A stretch of 64,000 nucleotides of DNA. Source: an uncultured Gemmatimonadota bacterium (GTDB lineage: Bacteria; SM23-81; DAOVCL01). The notes under the pieces are model-generated. The model saw only the letters and a program-made list of their open reading frames with translations. It had not been told where the DNA came from and ran no database searches. Every line of letters starts with the position of its first letter. Positions within the stretch are counted from its first letter, which is position 1. Location of the stretch: positions 1-64,000 of the forward strand of contig CAZVGK010000017.1 of NCBI GenBank assembly GCA_964626665.1, given 5' to 3'. The position numbers were made by a program, and so were the translations under genes. This document shows, one piece after another, positions 49,304 through 58,581 of this stretch.

Positions 49304-49530
49304 AGGGCCTAAAGGCCCTGAACCCGCACTAAAGTGCGGTAGAAATTGGCTACCCAAGCCTACCTGGGGAACCTTGTCAAAAAGAAGATCTGATAAGTCT
49401 CTAGCATAGGATGGTCAAGCAGCAGCCAAATCCTAACCTCAGATTACCCTTGGCAATAACCCAGCACTAATGCGTGGTGGAACCTTTCTACCCAGCTTTA
49501 GCTAGGGTCACCCCTTCGGAGCTTTAGCCC
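49304..49530. repeat. REP-like composite, inverted counterpart of 18877-19027
   Basis: GGGCCTAAAGGCCC, CCGCACTAAAGTGCGGTAGAA, TTCGGAGCTTTAGCCC. Confidence 0.72.
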
Positions 49531-49674
49531 TATACTGGCCCGCCCATTTTCTGGCTTGACTCCCCCCCCCCTCCTTCTTTTATTGGGATGAAGTTTTTTT
49601 GGGAGGTTTTTGTCGGGGTTTTCGTCCTATTTCATCGGATTACGATTTGGTGGCTTAGAACAAAGGGGTGACAG

Positions 49675-50271
49675 ATGTCTTCAACCCTAAGAAGCATAGA
49701 GGAGTTAGTGGGAAAACTCTCCAAGTTTCCGGGCATAGGGAGGAAAACAGCCCAGAGGATGGCCTATCACATCCTCAATCTACCTAAAGAGGATGTTTTC
49801 TCCTTGGCGGAAGCCATAAGGGGGGTAAAGGAAAAAGTTAAATTGTGTTCAATCTGCTTTAACCTCACCGAGGAGGACCCCTGTCCCGTCTGTACTGACC
49901 CTCAAAGGAACCGCTCAATTATCTGTGTGGTGGAGGAGCCAAAGGATGTGCTTACCATCGATCAGGCCGGAGGATACAATGGGCTCTTCCATGTCTTGGG
50001 TGGAGTGATCTCCCCCTTAGATGGGGTGGGGCCGGAGGAGCTGCGGGTGAGGGAACTGGAAGAGAGGCTCAGAGAGGGGGTCAAAGAGGTGATTATCGCT
50101 ACCAATCCCACAACCGAGGGGGAGGCCACTGCCCTTTATCTCTCCAAGTTCATTAAGCAGTTGGGGATAAGGGTAACCCGCATAGCCAGGGGCATCCCTA
50201 TGGGGGGGGAGTTAGAATATGCAGACCGCATCACCTTGAGCAAGGCCATAGAGGGGAGAACCCAGATGTAA
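49675..50271 (+). CDS. recR: Recombination mediator RecR
   Basis: PGIGRKTAQR, C4 zinc finger, CVVE, EVIIATNPTTEGEAT. Confidence 0.97.
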   Translation: MSSTLRSIEELVGKLSKFPGIGRKTAQRMAYHILNLPKEDVFSLAEAIRGVKEKVKLCSICFNLTEEDPCPVCTDPQRNRSIICVVEEPKDVLTIDQAGGYNGLFHVLGGVISPLDGVGPEELRVRELEERLREGVKEVIIATNPTTEGEATALYLSKFIKQLGIRVTRIARGIPMGGELEYADRITLSKAIEGRTQM

Positions 50272-50335
50272 GGATTTTATAACTTGACTTTTGATTTCGA
50301 GTTTGTTAAATTTTTCACAAATAGGAGGAGGTGAG

Positions 50336-50899
50336 ATGATCGAAATCAGATGGCACGGACGAGGAGGACAAGGAGCCAAGACCGGGGCCCTCTTCCTGGC
50401 CGAGGCAGCCATAGGGGAAGGCAAGTATAGCCAAGGGTTCCCGGAGTATGGCCCAGAGAGGATGGGGGCGCCGATGAAAGGGTTTACCAGAATTGACGAT
50501 AAACCAATTAAGGTTCACTGTGAGGTAGCCAATCCCCAGGTGGTGATTGTCCTGGATACCACCCTCTTGGAGGTAGTGGATGTGTGTGAGGGCCTGAGGG
50601 AGGATGGGGTTCTTTTGGTCAACACTCCCCATGATCCCTCCTGGATTCGTCAGAAGCTAAACATCTCTGGGCGAAAGGTCTATACCGTTGATGCTAGTGG
50701 CATTTCCATCAGGGAAATCGGCAAGGCAATTCCCAACACCCCCATGATTGGGGCCTTTATCCGGGCCACTGGACTGCTTAGGTCGGAGACCATCTATGAG
50801 GATATCAGAAGGAAGTTCGGCAAGAAGTTCGATCAGCGGATTACCGAAGGGAACATTCGAGCTATAAAGAGAGCCTATGAGGAGGTGAAGGAGGAATGA
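50336..50899 (+). CDS. porC: Pyruvate/2-oxoacid:ferredoxin oxidoreductase gamma subunit
   Basis: EIRWHGRGGQG, YGPERMGAP, PNTPMIGA. Confidence 0.9.
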   Translation: MIEIRWHGRGGQGAKTGALFLAEAAIGEGKYSQGFPEYGPERMGAPMKGFTRIDDKPIKVHCEVANPQVVIVLDTTLLEVVDVCEGLREDGVLLVNTPHDPSWIRQKLNISGRKVYTVDASGISIREIGKAIPNTPMIGAFIRATGLLRSETIYEDIRRKFGKKFDQRITEGNIRAIKRAYEEVKEE

Positions 50900-51207
50900 G
50901 TGAGTTAAAGGGATGGAAGGAGATACCTATCGGGGGGCTTATCCTCGATGCTGGAAACGCAGAGGATTACCAGACGGGTTCTTGGAGGACTTATCGGCCA
51001 GTTTGGGACGAGGGGAAGTGTATACACTGTCTTTTCTGCTGGATCTACTGTCCCGATTCCGCGATAATGGTTGAGGGGGGGAAGATGACGGGGATAGACT
51101 TAGATCATTGCAAGGGATGTGGGATCTGTGCCCAGGAGTGCCCTCCCAAAGTGAAGGCCATTGAGATGGTCTTAGAGAGCAAACTGCAAAGTGAAAAAGG
51201 AGAATAA
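50896..51207 (+). CDS. porD: Oxidoreductase delta subunit (2x[4Fe-4S])
   Basis: TGSWR..RP, two CxxCxxCxxxCP motifs. Confidence 0.92.
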   Translation: MSELKGWKEIPIGGLILDAGNAEDYQTGSWRTYRPVWDEGKCIHCLFCWIYCPDSAIMVEGGKMTGIDLDHCKGCGICAQECPPKVKAIEMVLESKLQSEKGE

Positions 51208-51208
51208 G

Positions 51209-52390
51209 ATGGGAAGGATAGTGGCCTTAACGGGAAACGAGGCCGCAGGCACGGCAATGATTCAGCTCCGACCGGATGTGGTCCCCGCCTTTCCCATTAC
51301 CCCCCAGACCGAGCTAATGCACAAGTTCGCCGATGCGGTAGCGGATGGAGATGTGGACACCGAATTTGTGCTGGTGGAGTCTGAACATAGCGCGATGAGC
51401 GCTGCTGTGGGAGCCTCTGCCGCTGGGGCCAGGGTGATGACGGCCACCTCGGCGAATGGCTTTGCCCTGATGTGGGAGGTGGTCTATATCGCCGCCTCAA
51501 ACCGCTTGCCTATAGTGATGACCCTGGTCAATCGGGCGCTCTCCGCCCCCATCAATATCCACTGTGACCATTCCGATTCAATGGGAGGGAGGGATACAGG
51601 TTGGATCCAGCTCCACTCGGAGAACTCCCAGGAGGTCTATGACAACCTCATTCAGGGGGTGAAGATAGCGGAGAACAGGGATGTTCTTCTTCCAGTTATG
51701 GTGACCTCCGATGGCTTTATTCTCAGCCACACCTTAGAGCGGATGGATATCCTTAATGACCAACAGGTTCAGAGTTTTGTAGGGGAGTATAATCCTGAAC
51801 ACACTCTCTTGGATGTTGATCATCCAGTCACCTTTGGCCCTTTAGACCTCCCTGACTATTACTTCGAGCACAAAAGACAGCAGGTCTTAGCTATGGAGCA
51901 GGCCAAAAGGGTAATACTGGAGGTGGGCAGGGAGTTTAAGAAGCTGTCCGGACGCGGTTATGAACTCTTTGAGGAGTATCAGATGGAGGGGGCGGAACGG
52001 GCGATTATAGCTTTGGGTTCCACTGCCGGCACGGTGAAGGAGGCCGTAGATGGTTTAAGGAAGGGGGGAGAGAAAGTGGGGCTCATTAAGTTGCGGGTCT
52101 TCCGACCTTTCCCCAAGGAGGAACTCCTTGCGGCCTTAAAGGGGGTCAAGGTTTTGGCTGTCTTCGATAGATCCCACTCCTTTGGTGGTTTTGGTGGTCC
52201 CCTTTTCACCGAGGTGAGATCTACCCTCTATGGTTCAGATCTATCCTTTGAGGTCTTAAACTACATCTATGGCTTAGGGGGGAGGAATTTGAGCGTAGAG
52301 GAGATAGAAGAGGTCTTCTCCGATCTGCAGGAGGTGATGAAAATGGGGAAGGTGCAGGAGAGGATCAACTACTTGGGAGTCAGAGGATAG
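51209..52390 (+). CDS. porA: Oxidoreductase alpha subunit
   Basis: FPITPQT, ESEHSA, NRALSAPINIH.DH. Confidence 0.92.
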   Translation: MGRIVALTGNEAAGTAMIQLRPDVVPAFPITPQTELMHKFADAVADGDVDTEFVLVESEHSAMSAAVGASAAGARVMTATSANGFALMWEVVYIAASNRLPIVMTLVNRALSAPINIHCDHSDSMGGRDTGWIQLHSENSQEVYDNLIQGVKIAENRDVLLPVMVTSDGFILSHTLERMDILNDQQVQSFVGEYNPEHTLLDVDHPVTFGPLDLPDYYFEHKRQQVLAMEQAKRVILEVGREFKKLSGRGYELFEEYQMEGAERAIIALGSTAGTVKEAVDGLRKGGEKVGLIKLRVFRPFPKEELLAALKGVKVLAVFDRSHSFGGFGGPLFTEVRSTLYGSDLSFEVLNYIYGLGGRNLSVEEIEEVFSDLQEVMKMGKVQERINYLGVRG

Positions 52391-52400
52391 GAGGCCCAAA

Positions 52401-53324
52401 ATGGCTTTAAGTCTGAAGGAGTTATCGCACAAAAGAGATCTGTTATCGGGTGGACACCGGGCTTGTGCGGGCTGTGCAGCCAGCACGGCCATCAGACAGG
52501 TCCTTCTGGCTGCAGACGGGCCGGTAGTGGCCGGATGCGCCACCGGCTGTATGGAGGTGGTTACCACCATATATCCGTATACCGCTTGGAGGGTTCCGTT
52601 TATCCATAACGCATTTGAGAATGTGGCCTCAACCATCAGTGGAGTTGAGGCTGCCTATCAAGCCCTGAAGCGACAGGGGAAGATAGATCGGGAGATAAAG
52701 TTCATTGCCTTTGGTGGTGATGGGGGAACCTATGACATCGGCATCCAGGCCCTCTCCGGGGCGATGGAGAGAGGCCATGACATGCTTTACATCTGTTATG
52801 ACAATGAGGCCTATATGAACACAGGCATCCAGAGATCTGGGGCTACCCCTTATGGAGCGGCCACCTCCACCAGTCCAGCAGGGAAGAAAATCCCTGGCAA
52901 GAGGGAGTTCAGGAAGGATCTAACCGCGGTACTGGCTGCCCACGACATCCCCTATGTTGCCCAGGCTGTCCCCTCCAATTGGCGGGACTTTATGGCCAAG
53001 GTGCAGAAGGCCCTCTCCGTAAATGGGCCTTCCTTCATCAATGTGTTGACTCCTTGCCCCCGGGGATGGAGGTTCAAGGATAATGAATCGATAGAGATGG
53101 CCAGATTGGCGGTGGAGACCTGCTTCTGGCCTCTCTTTGAGGTGGAGAATGGCACCTGGAGGCTAACTTATAAGCCCAAGGAGAAGAGGCCAATCACCGA
53201 TTGGATAGGAAGGCAAGGGAGGTTCAGGCACCTGCTAAAGGAGGAAAACAGGCACATCATCGATGAGCTGCAGGCTAATGTGGACAACAAATGGGAGCAA
53301 CTCCTCAAGAGGTGTGAGGCTTAA
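52401..53324 (+). CDS. porB: Oxidoreductase beta subunit (TPP-binding)
   Basis: GHRACAGC, ATGC, GGDGG...DNEAYMNTG, PCP.GW. Confidence 0.92.
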   Translation: MALSLKELSHKRDLLSGGHRACAGCAASTAIRQVLLAADGPVVAGCATGCMEVVTTIYPYTAWRVPFIHNAFENVASTISGVEAAYQALKRQGKIDREIKFIAFGGDGGTYDIGIQALSGAMERGHDMLYICYDNEAYMNTGIQRSGATPYGAATSTSPAGKKIPGKREFRKDLTAVLAAHDIPYVAQAVPSNWRDFMAKVQKALSVNGPSFINVLTPCPRGWRFKDNESIEMARLAVETCFWPLFEVENGTWRLTYKPKEKRPITDWIGRQGRFRHLLKEENRHIIDELQANVDNKWEQLLKRCEA

Positions 53325-53326
53325 GG

Positions 53327-53357
53327 AAAAGGGGGACGCCCGCAGGCGCCCCCCTTT
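53327..53357. terminator. Probable bidirectional intrinsic terminator
   Basis: AAAAGGGGGACGCC-CGCA-GGCGCCCCCCTTT between convergent genes. Confidence 0.65.
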
Positions 53358-53478
53358 AAGTTTATGGAAAGACGTCAAACTTCTTAGTTCTCCCCCATCA
53401 AGGGGGAGGAAACTGCTTTAGATGCCAATGCCCTGCTCTATCCGACCAAATTTGCTCTCCCTATTTGCTTAATGGCCC

Positions 53479-54171
53479 TTAAGATCCGCTGTGAGAGTCA
53501 TCTCTTTCCCCTATCATCATCATCTCGATATCATCAATCCCTAACCCTTGTTGGGCAAAATGGCCAGGTGAACAACCATAAACCTTAATCTGAGAAAATC
53601 CGGCTAAGCGGAACATCATAGTCAATTCCGAGGGGATATACACCCTGTGGTCTTCTTTGAATAAACTATCGTTGAGTTGTGCCCGCCAATGGACGATACC
53701 ATTGATGTAATCAAAAGGATGTTTTGGTTTATATCTCCTGTATTTTCTTAACCCGTTGAAGGTAGTAAGAATTAGCTTTTCTCCAACCTTCAGTAACCTA
53801 TGCACGCACTTGAGAAAATGAAGATCTTCCTCCCAACCCCCTAATACACCAAAGCCCGACTCACAGAGACATATTGCCCCGGAAAACAGTTCCCCCTTCT
53901 TAAACAGGCGCTCAAGCTGAGAGAGGTCTGCCTGATAAAACCCAATGGTTACTCCAGGCTTTCTGGCCCTTTTCTTGGCTTCTGCAAGCATAGGCGCTGA
54001 AATATCGATACCAACAACATCATATCCACGTTTGGCAAGTTCAATAGAGTGCCTTCCCGCGCCACAGCCCAAATCTATTATCCTTTTCCCTGGTTTTATC
54101 CCGAGTTCCCATTCCAGGAAATCAACTTCCTGGCTTGTGTGGGGGGTGAACCTATTGTCCATCTGGGACAA
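53479..54171 (-). CDS. Class I SAM-dependent methyltransferase
   Basis: IDLGCGAGRH, VVGIDIS; the true start may be CTG at 54216. Confidence 0.88.
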   Translation of the reverse strand: MSQMDNRFTPHTSQEVDFLEWELGIKPGKRIIDLGCGAGRHSIELAKRGYDVVGIDISAPMLAEAKKRARKPGVTIGFYQADLSQLERLFKKGELFSGAICLCESGFGVLGGWEEDLHFLKCVHRLLKVGEKLILTTFNGLRKYRRYKPKHPFDYINGIVHWRAQLNDSLFKEDHRVYIPSELTMMFRLAGFSQIKVYGCSPGHFAQQGLGIDDIEMMMIGERDDSHSGS

Positions 54172-54351
54172 ACTAAGTTTGGCGAACTCCCTATTTTCCC
54201 AAGGGCTTTTTCTCAGGACTTATCCCTCCTAAGGATTGGAAAGGAGCCATATCTTTGTTTTTGATTTTTTGCAAGTGGAAGGCCAGTTGATGCTTGTTAT
54301 AACCTAAGATATCGGAAAGTCAAGAGTGAAGGTGTGACCCCCTTCTTACAA

Positions 54352-54417
54352 GAGCCGTCAGATGCCCTCATCTGGCGGCAAGGGGAAATGGTGGCAGAAT
54401 CGGGGTTCTGCCACCTC
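54352..54417 (+). repeat. REP-like CAGATGCCCTCATCTG plus GGTGGCAGAATCGGGGTTCTGCCACC
   Basis: Copies at 16298, 57092 and 62501. Confidence 0.78.
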
Positions 54418-54626
54418 AACAGGAAATTCTATGGCAAATAAGAGTTTTCTTATTCATTCGTGTTCCAAAGACTCAGTGAAATCCGGGTAACTCCTGGTAT
54501 TTATTTGGCTTCGACTCTGCCGCCCTGTATGATTTGGGCTTCCAATGCCTCGAAACTCATTTATAATTTTTTAAATTGGTCCTCTATGATGGAGAGATAG
54601 CTTTATATTATATTCAAATGGTTGAT

Positions 54627-55637
54627 CTACATCCCGACCCCATCTATCTTGGCCCCGCAGAAGGGGCAGTGTGCATCCTTTATTAGGTTCTCCAGCACGG
54701 TAAATCCCCAGCGGTGGATGAGCCTCTTCTTGCACTGGTAACAGTAAGTATTCTCCCCCTCCTCTCCGGGGATATTCCCTGTATAGACATATCTGAGGCC
54801 CGTCTCCAACCCTATCTGGCGGGCCCTCTTCAGGGTGGAGGCGGGGGTGGGAGGCAGGTCCTTAAGTTTGTAGGCAGGGTAGAAGGCGCTGATGTGCCAG
54901 GGCGTTTCCTCCCCCAAGCTGAGGACAAATTTGGCGATTTCCTCCAGCTCCTGGGAGGAGTCATTGAGGGTGGGGATGATTAGGGTGGTTACCTCCACCC
55001 AGACCCCCATCTCCTTAAGCTGGCGCAGGCTATCCAATACGGGACCAAGTTTTGCCCCTACCTGCTTGTGGTAGAACTCCTCCTTAAAGGATTTCAGATC
55101 TACATTGGCCGCATCTAAGAACGGGCCTATCTTTTTTAGGGCTTCTTTGGTCATATACCCATTGGTGACAAAGATGTTTTTTAGCCCGGCCTCTTTGCTT
55201 ATCTTTGCCGTTTCGTAAGCGTATTCGAAGAATATGGTGGGTTCGGTGTAGGTATAGGCTATGCTCTTGCAATCGTATTTTAGGGCCATCTCGACGAATT
55301 CTTGAGGGGTTATCTGGTAGCCGGTGATCTTTCCTTCATCAACGGGCATCTGGGAGATGTTGTAGTTCTGACAGAAGCTGCATCTGAAGTTACAGCCTAC
55401 AGTAGCCACGGAGAGGGAACGGGAGCCAGGGAAGAGATGGAAGAGGGGTTTCTTCTCTATCGGATCGACATTCCAAGAGATGGCCTTCTCATAGACTAAG
55501 GAGTAGAGGGTCCCTTCCCTGTTCTCCCTTACCCCACATATCCCCTTCTGGGATGGTTCGATGAGGCAACGATGGGGACAGAGGTTGCATCTCACTTTCC
55601 CGTCTTCCAGCCTCTCATAGAGCATCGCCTCCCTCAT
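54627..55637 (-). CDS. amrS: AmmeMemoRadiSam system radical SAM enzyme
   Basis: C.LCPH.C...G.CGVR, DPIEKKPLFH, GCNFRCSFCQN, AYTYTEP, YVYTGN, C-terminal Zn motifs. Confidence 0.9.
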   Translation of the reverse strand: MREAMLYERLEDGKVRCNLCPHRCLIEPSQKGICGVRENREGTLYSLVYEKAISWNVDPIEKKPLFHLFPGSRSLSVATVGCNFRCSFCQNYNISQMPVDEGKITGYQITPQEFVEMALKYDCKSIAYTYTEPTIFFEYAYETAKISKEAGLKNIFVTNGYMTKEALKKIGPFLDAANVDLKSFKEEFYHKQVGAKLGPVLDSLRQLKEMGVWVEVTTLIIPTLNDSSQELEEIAKFVLSLGEETPWHISAFYPAYKLKDLPPTPASTLKRARQIGLETGLRYVYTGNIPGEEGENTYCYQCKKRLIHRWGFTVLENLIKDAHCPFCGAKIDGVGM

Positions 55638-56137
55638 TCTCCCCAGTCCCCCTTTTTACGCAATTTCCTTATCTTTCCCTCTAAGAGCCGCCGGCGGATG
55701 GTGGAGACCCTGTCTATAATCAGGGTGCCGTTAAGATGGTCAACCTCATGGAGAATGACCCGCGCCAAAAGCCCTCCCACCTCCAGCTCCCTCTCCTTCC
55801 CATCGAGGTCTACTCCCCTTACCAATATCTTCTTGGCCCTTTTTACATCCGTTCTTATGCCGGGGAGGCTAAGGCAACCCTCCTCAAAGACCTCCTCCCC
55901 TTCCTCTTCCAGGATAAAAGGATTTATCAGACTCACCAGTCCCTCGCCCACATCAAAGGTAATCACCCTTTGGGAGATGCCCACCTGAGGGGCAGCCAAC
56001 CCAATCCCCTTGTAGGTATACATAGTTTCGGTCATATTCTCTACAAGGGACTTCGTATCCGCGCCGATATTTTTCACCTCCTCCGCCCTCTCCCTGAGCA
56101 CGGGGGCCGGATACACCTTTACCTGTAGGATTTCCAT
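55634..56137 (-). CDS. def: Peptide deformylase
   Basis: GIGLAAPQ, EGCLS, HEVDH; SD AGGAGG before ATG at 56137. Confidence 0.95.
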   Translation of the reverse strand: MEILQVKVYPAPVLRERAEEVKNIGADTKSLVENMTETMYTYKGIGLAAPQVGISQRVITFDVGEGLVSLINPFILEEEGEEVFEEGCLSLPGIRTDVKRAKKILVRGVDLDGKERELEVGGLLARVILHEVDHLNGTLIIDRVSTIRRRLLEGKIRKLRKKGDWGE

Positions 56138-56438
56138 TCTATTCCTCCTCCTAAAGGGAAAATATAGGTCACCTCCAAAAAAGTCAACCCTTTTATCTTT
56201 CGAGCTGATTGGTGGCTTTTTCCTGGATACATTCAAGTTGGAGGGGGAGCGTTTCCGCTTCTGCAAGAGGAGGGGCCGAGTTATGGTCTGTCCGCTATCG
56301 CGGTTTGAAGGAATGTGGAGTGAATACCTGAGCTTATCATCCTGACTGATGAATCAGAGAATCTGGAAATGTCTTAGTATTTAGAGGTTTGACCTTTATA
56401 ACCTCTTAGTGGGATGCCTATTAGATGCGTCTCCATTT

Positions 56439-56855
56439 TTAGCCCTTTCTCTTTTCGTAAGATTTGATGAGCTTCGATATTAGTTTGTTCACGCTACAAT
56501 CCTCAATTTCAGCCAGCTCGTTGAGCTTTTTGAAATTTGCTATTGATATTTTTTTGTCTAATAGCTCTACGGATCCATCATTCCAGTGAAGCACTTTTCG
56601 GCCATCAAGAATGAATTTCTGAGGATAGAGCTTTGCTGCCGCCCTCTTCGCTTGATTCCAAGCTTCGTTGATATCGCGGGTAGCAGACATTTGGCCCAGC
56701 CAGCCCATATTGTAGACTATGGCCTCCTTGAGGTTAGGGGTTCCTACAGGAAGTTTTAAGAGGATCTCCAACATAGCTTTGGACAGCTTGGCTTTAGAGA
56801 GTCCAACCTTCATACCTGCTCTTCTCATTTGACCATAGGTTTTTCTGTCAAACAT
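56439..56855 (-). CDS. Hypothetical protein, possible C-terminal RHH-like segment
   Basis: SD AGGAGG; flanked by repeat elements. Confidence 0.6.
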   Translation of the reverse strand: MFDRKTYGQMRRAGMKVGLSKAKLSKAMLEILLKLPVGTPNLKEAIVYNMGWLGQMSATRDINEAWNQAKRAAAKLYPQKFILDGRKVLHWNDGSVELLDKKISIANFKKLNELAEIEDCSVNKLISKLIKSYEKRKG

Positions 56856-56874
56856 TAATACCTCCTTGGCCTGC

Positions 56875-56943
56875 GCAGCTTTGCCTTCCCGCCCCGGGGT
56901 GGGTTAACCGACGAGGGTTGCCATTAAAACTGGGTGAAGCTTC
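56875..56943 (+). repeat. Second copy of the 15562-15632 repeat
   Basis: AGCTTTGCCTTCCC...AACCGAC...GGTGAAGCTTCGAAT. Confidence 0.62.
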
Positions 56944-57006
56944 GAATCGTAGAATCCACTCCGTTAAATATTTGCTTATTTTAAAAGGTAGAATCCTTTT
57001 TCTAAG

Positions 57007-57201
57007 CCTGATTATTCGTAAGTTCCTGCTCAGATCATCCGAGCCATCAATGATTGAGCGATCAGAAACCCTTACCTGACGGCACGGGGAACGGTGGCAG
57101 AATCGGGGTTCTGCCACCTCGCCTTGGGGGTGGGATTATCCCCAACATTCGAGGTAACAGCAGATTACACAGCGCCGTTGGAATTTTATGAATAGATCGG
57201 G
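57007..57201 (+). mobile_element. CCCGA..TATTCATAA-type MITE carrying the GGTGGCAGAA REP
   Basis: Left CCTGATTATTCGTAAG, right TTATGAATAGATCGGG; body similar to 16247-16385. Confidence 0.7.
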
Positions 57202-57387
57202 ATAGAGGTTCCGATCGCTTTGCTGTTACCCTTGAATCCCGACCTAAGGTTGGGGTTGCAGAAGTTCCCTGACCCATTGGAATTTCTTAGAAAATTCGAT
57301 ATGTTTCGTTAAGAAATCAGAAGCTTTCAGGTGGGCAGGGGAGATTCACGACCGACGCATTGGTTCTAATGAACTATTTGTTCCGAA

Positions 57388-58473
57388 CTACTTCCGCAGC
57401 TTTCCCTGCCATCTCTCTAACTTCTTCTGGAATTCCTTATTGCCCCCGCTTAAGGATATGGCCTTCTTTTCAGCTTTGATGGCCTCTGGATAGTTGCCCA
57501 GTCGCGCATAGACCTCGCCCAGCGTATCCCAGATGTTCCCATCTTGCGGGGCAAGTTGCGTTGCCTTTTGTGCCAATCTGAGGGCATCGTCCAAGCGGAA
57601 GTCGTTGATGGCCAGCTCCCAGGCAACCCCGTTGAGCAGGTTGGCATTTCCGGGGTACTTTTTGCTGAGAGATATGGCCCGATCCAGTGCCCTGTTGGCC
57701 TTCTCCTTTTTGCCTTTCTGCAAAGCCTCTATCCCTAACCGCACATAGGCCCCACCCTGAAATGTCTGTTCATGGAGGTTATAGAGCCGCTCCAACTCCT
57801 CAATCGGATGGGGATAGTCATCAATCCGCAGGTCAATAAACCGGTCGTTGAAACCTGAATAACCTCCTCCTTTGCGCACAACTAAAAGGGCAGCCGATTG
57901 TCTCCCCCGTTTATCGCCACCAGCCTCTTGGCCGGCGCACAAGGCAGCAATGAGCCTCCTCCCCAGGGTCCCCTTTGAGGTACGGAAGGATTCAGCCATT
58001 TTCTCCACCACTTGCTCTCCAGCCAGGATATTCCCCTGCACAGTGAACCCCTTGCCTACGATATGGCCTGCCCAACTTAAGCAACCATCGCCTGTCCAGG
58101 CCGCCGCCCGTCCCTGAGCATCGACAATGCCCAATTGGCGCTGATCACGATCCTGATCCTGAGAGGTGAGGATCTCCACAACCTTCTGGGCAGGTATACC
58201 CATTCTCAGAAGGATAAAGCCCTTTGGTCCGTAGGTGGTGTTGCCCCAGGCCTGAGTGGCTATTGCCCCCACTCCAGCCTGGGCCCAGGGAACTACCGCT
58301 CCTACAGCGAGGAACTTGGACTCCACCGCCACACCCCATTCCTGGGCTATGGAGTCATAGGCTACAATGGAGAATGTAGCTGGCGGCAGTGGCTCGGAGC
58401 AGAGGTATGCCGGGAGCATTAGGTTGGCGAGTAAAAGGCCGCCCCAGAAAAGCCGATGATACCTGCGCAACAT
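57388..58473 (-). CDS. DUF1028 (Ntn-hydrolase-like) protein with C-terminal TPRs, secreted
   Basis: Signal peptide, TFSIVA.D, VQGNIL, GGDKRGRQSAAL, DLRIDD, DTLG TPR. Confidence 0.88.
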   Translation of the reverse strand: MLRRYHRLFWGGLLLANLMLPAYLCSEPLPPATFSIVAYDSIAQEWGVAVESKFLAVGAVVPWAQAGVGAIATQAWGNTTYGPKGFILLRMGIPAQKVVEILTSQDQDRDQRQLGIVDAQGRAAAWTGDGCLSWAGHIVGKGFTVQGNILAGEQVVEKMAESFRTSKGTLGRRLIAALCAGQEAGGDKRGRQSAALLVVRKGGGYSGFNDRFIDLRIDDYPHPIEELERLYNLHEQTFQGGAYVRLGIEALQKGKKEKANRALDRAISLSKKYPGNANLLNGVAWELAINDFRLDDALRLAQKATQLAPQDGNIWDTLGEVYARLGNYPEAIKAEKKAISLSGGNKEFQKKLERWQGKLRK

Positions 58474-58581
58474 CTTTACCCCCTTTCTATAGAGAAAATC
58501 TTATCTTCCAATTTGCAAGAGGCCAACCCATCTGATGGCTCTGGCCCTCTCTCTCATGCCCTGGTCTCTTCATTCGTTGGT

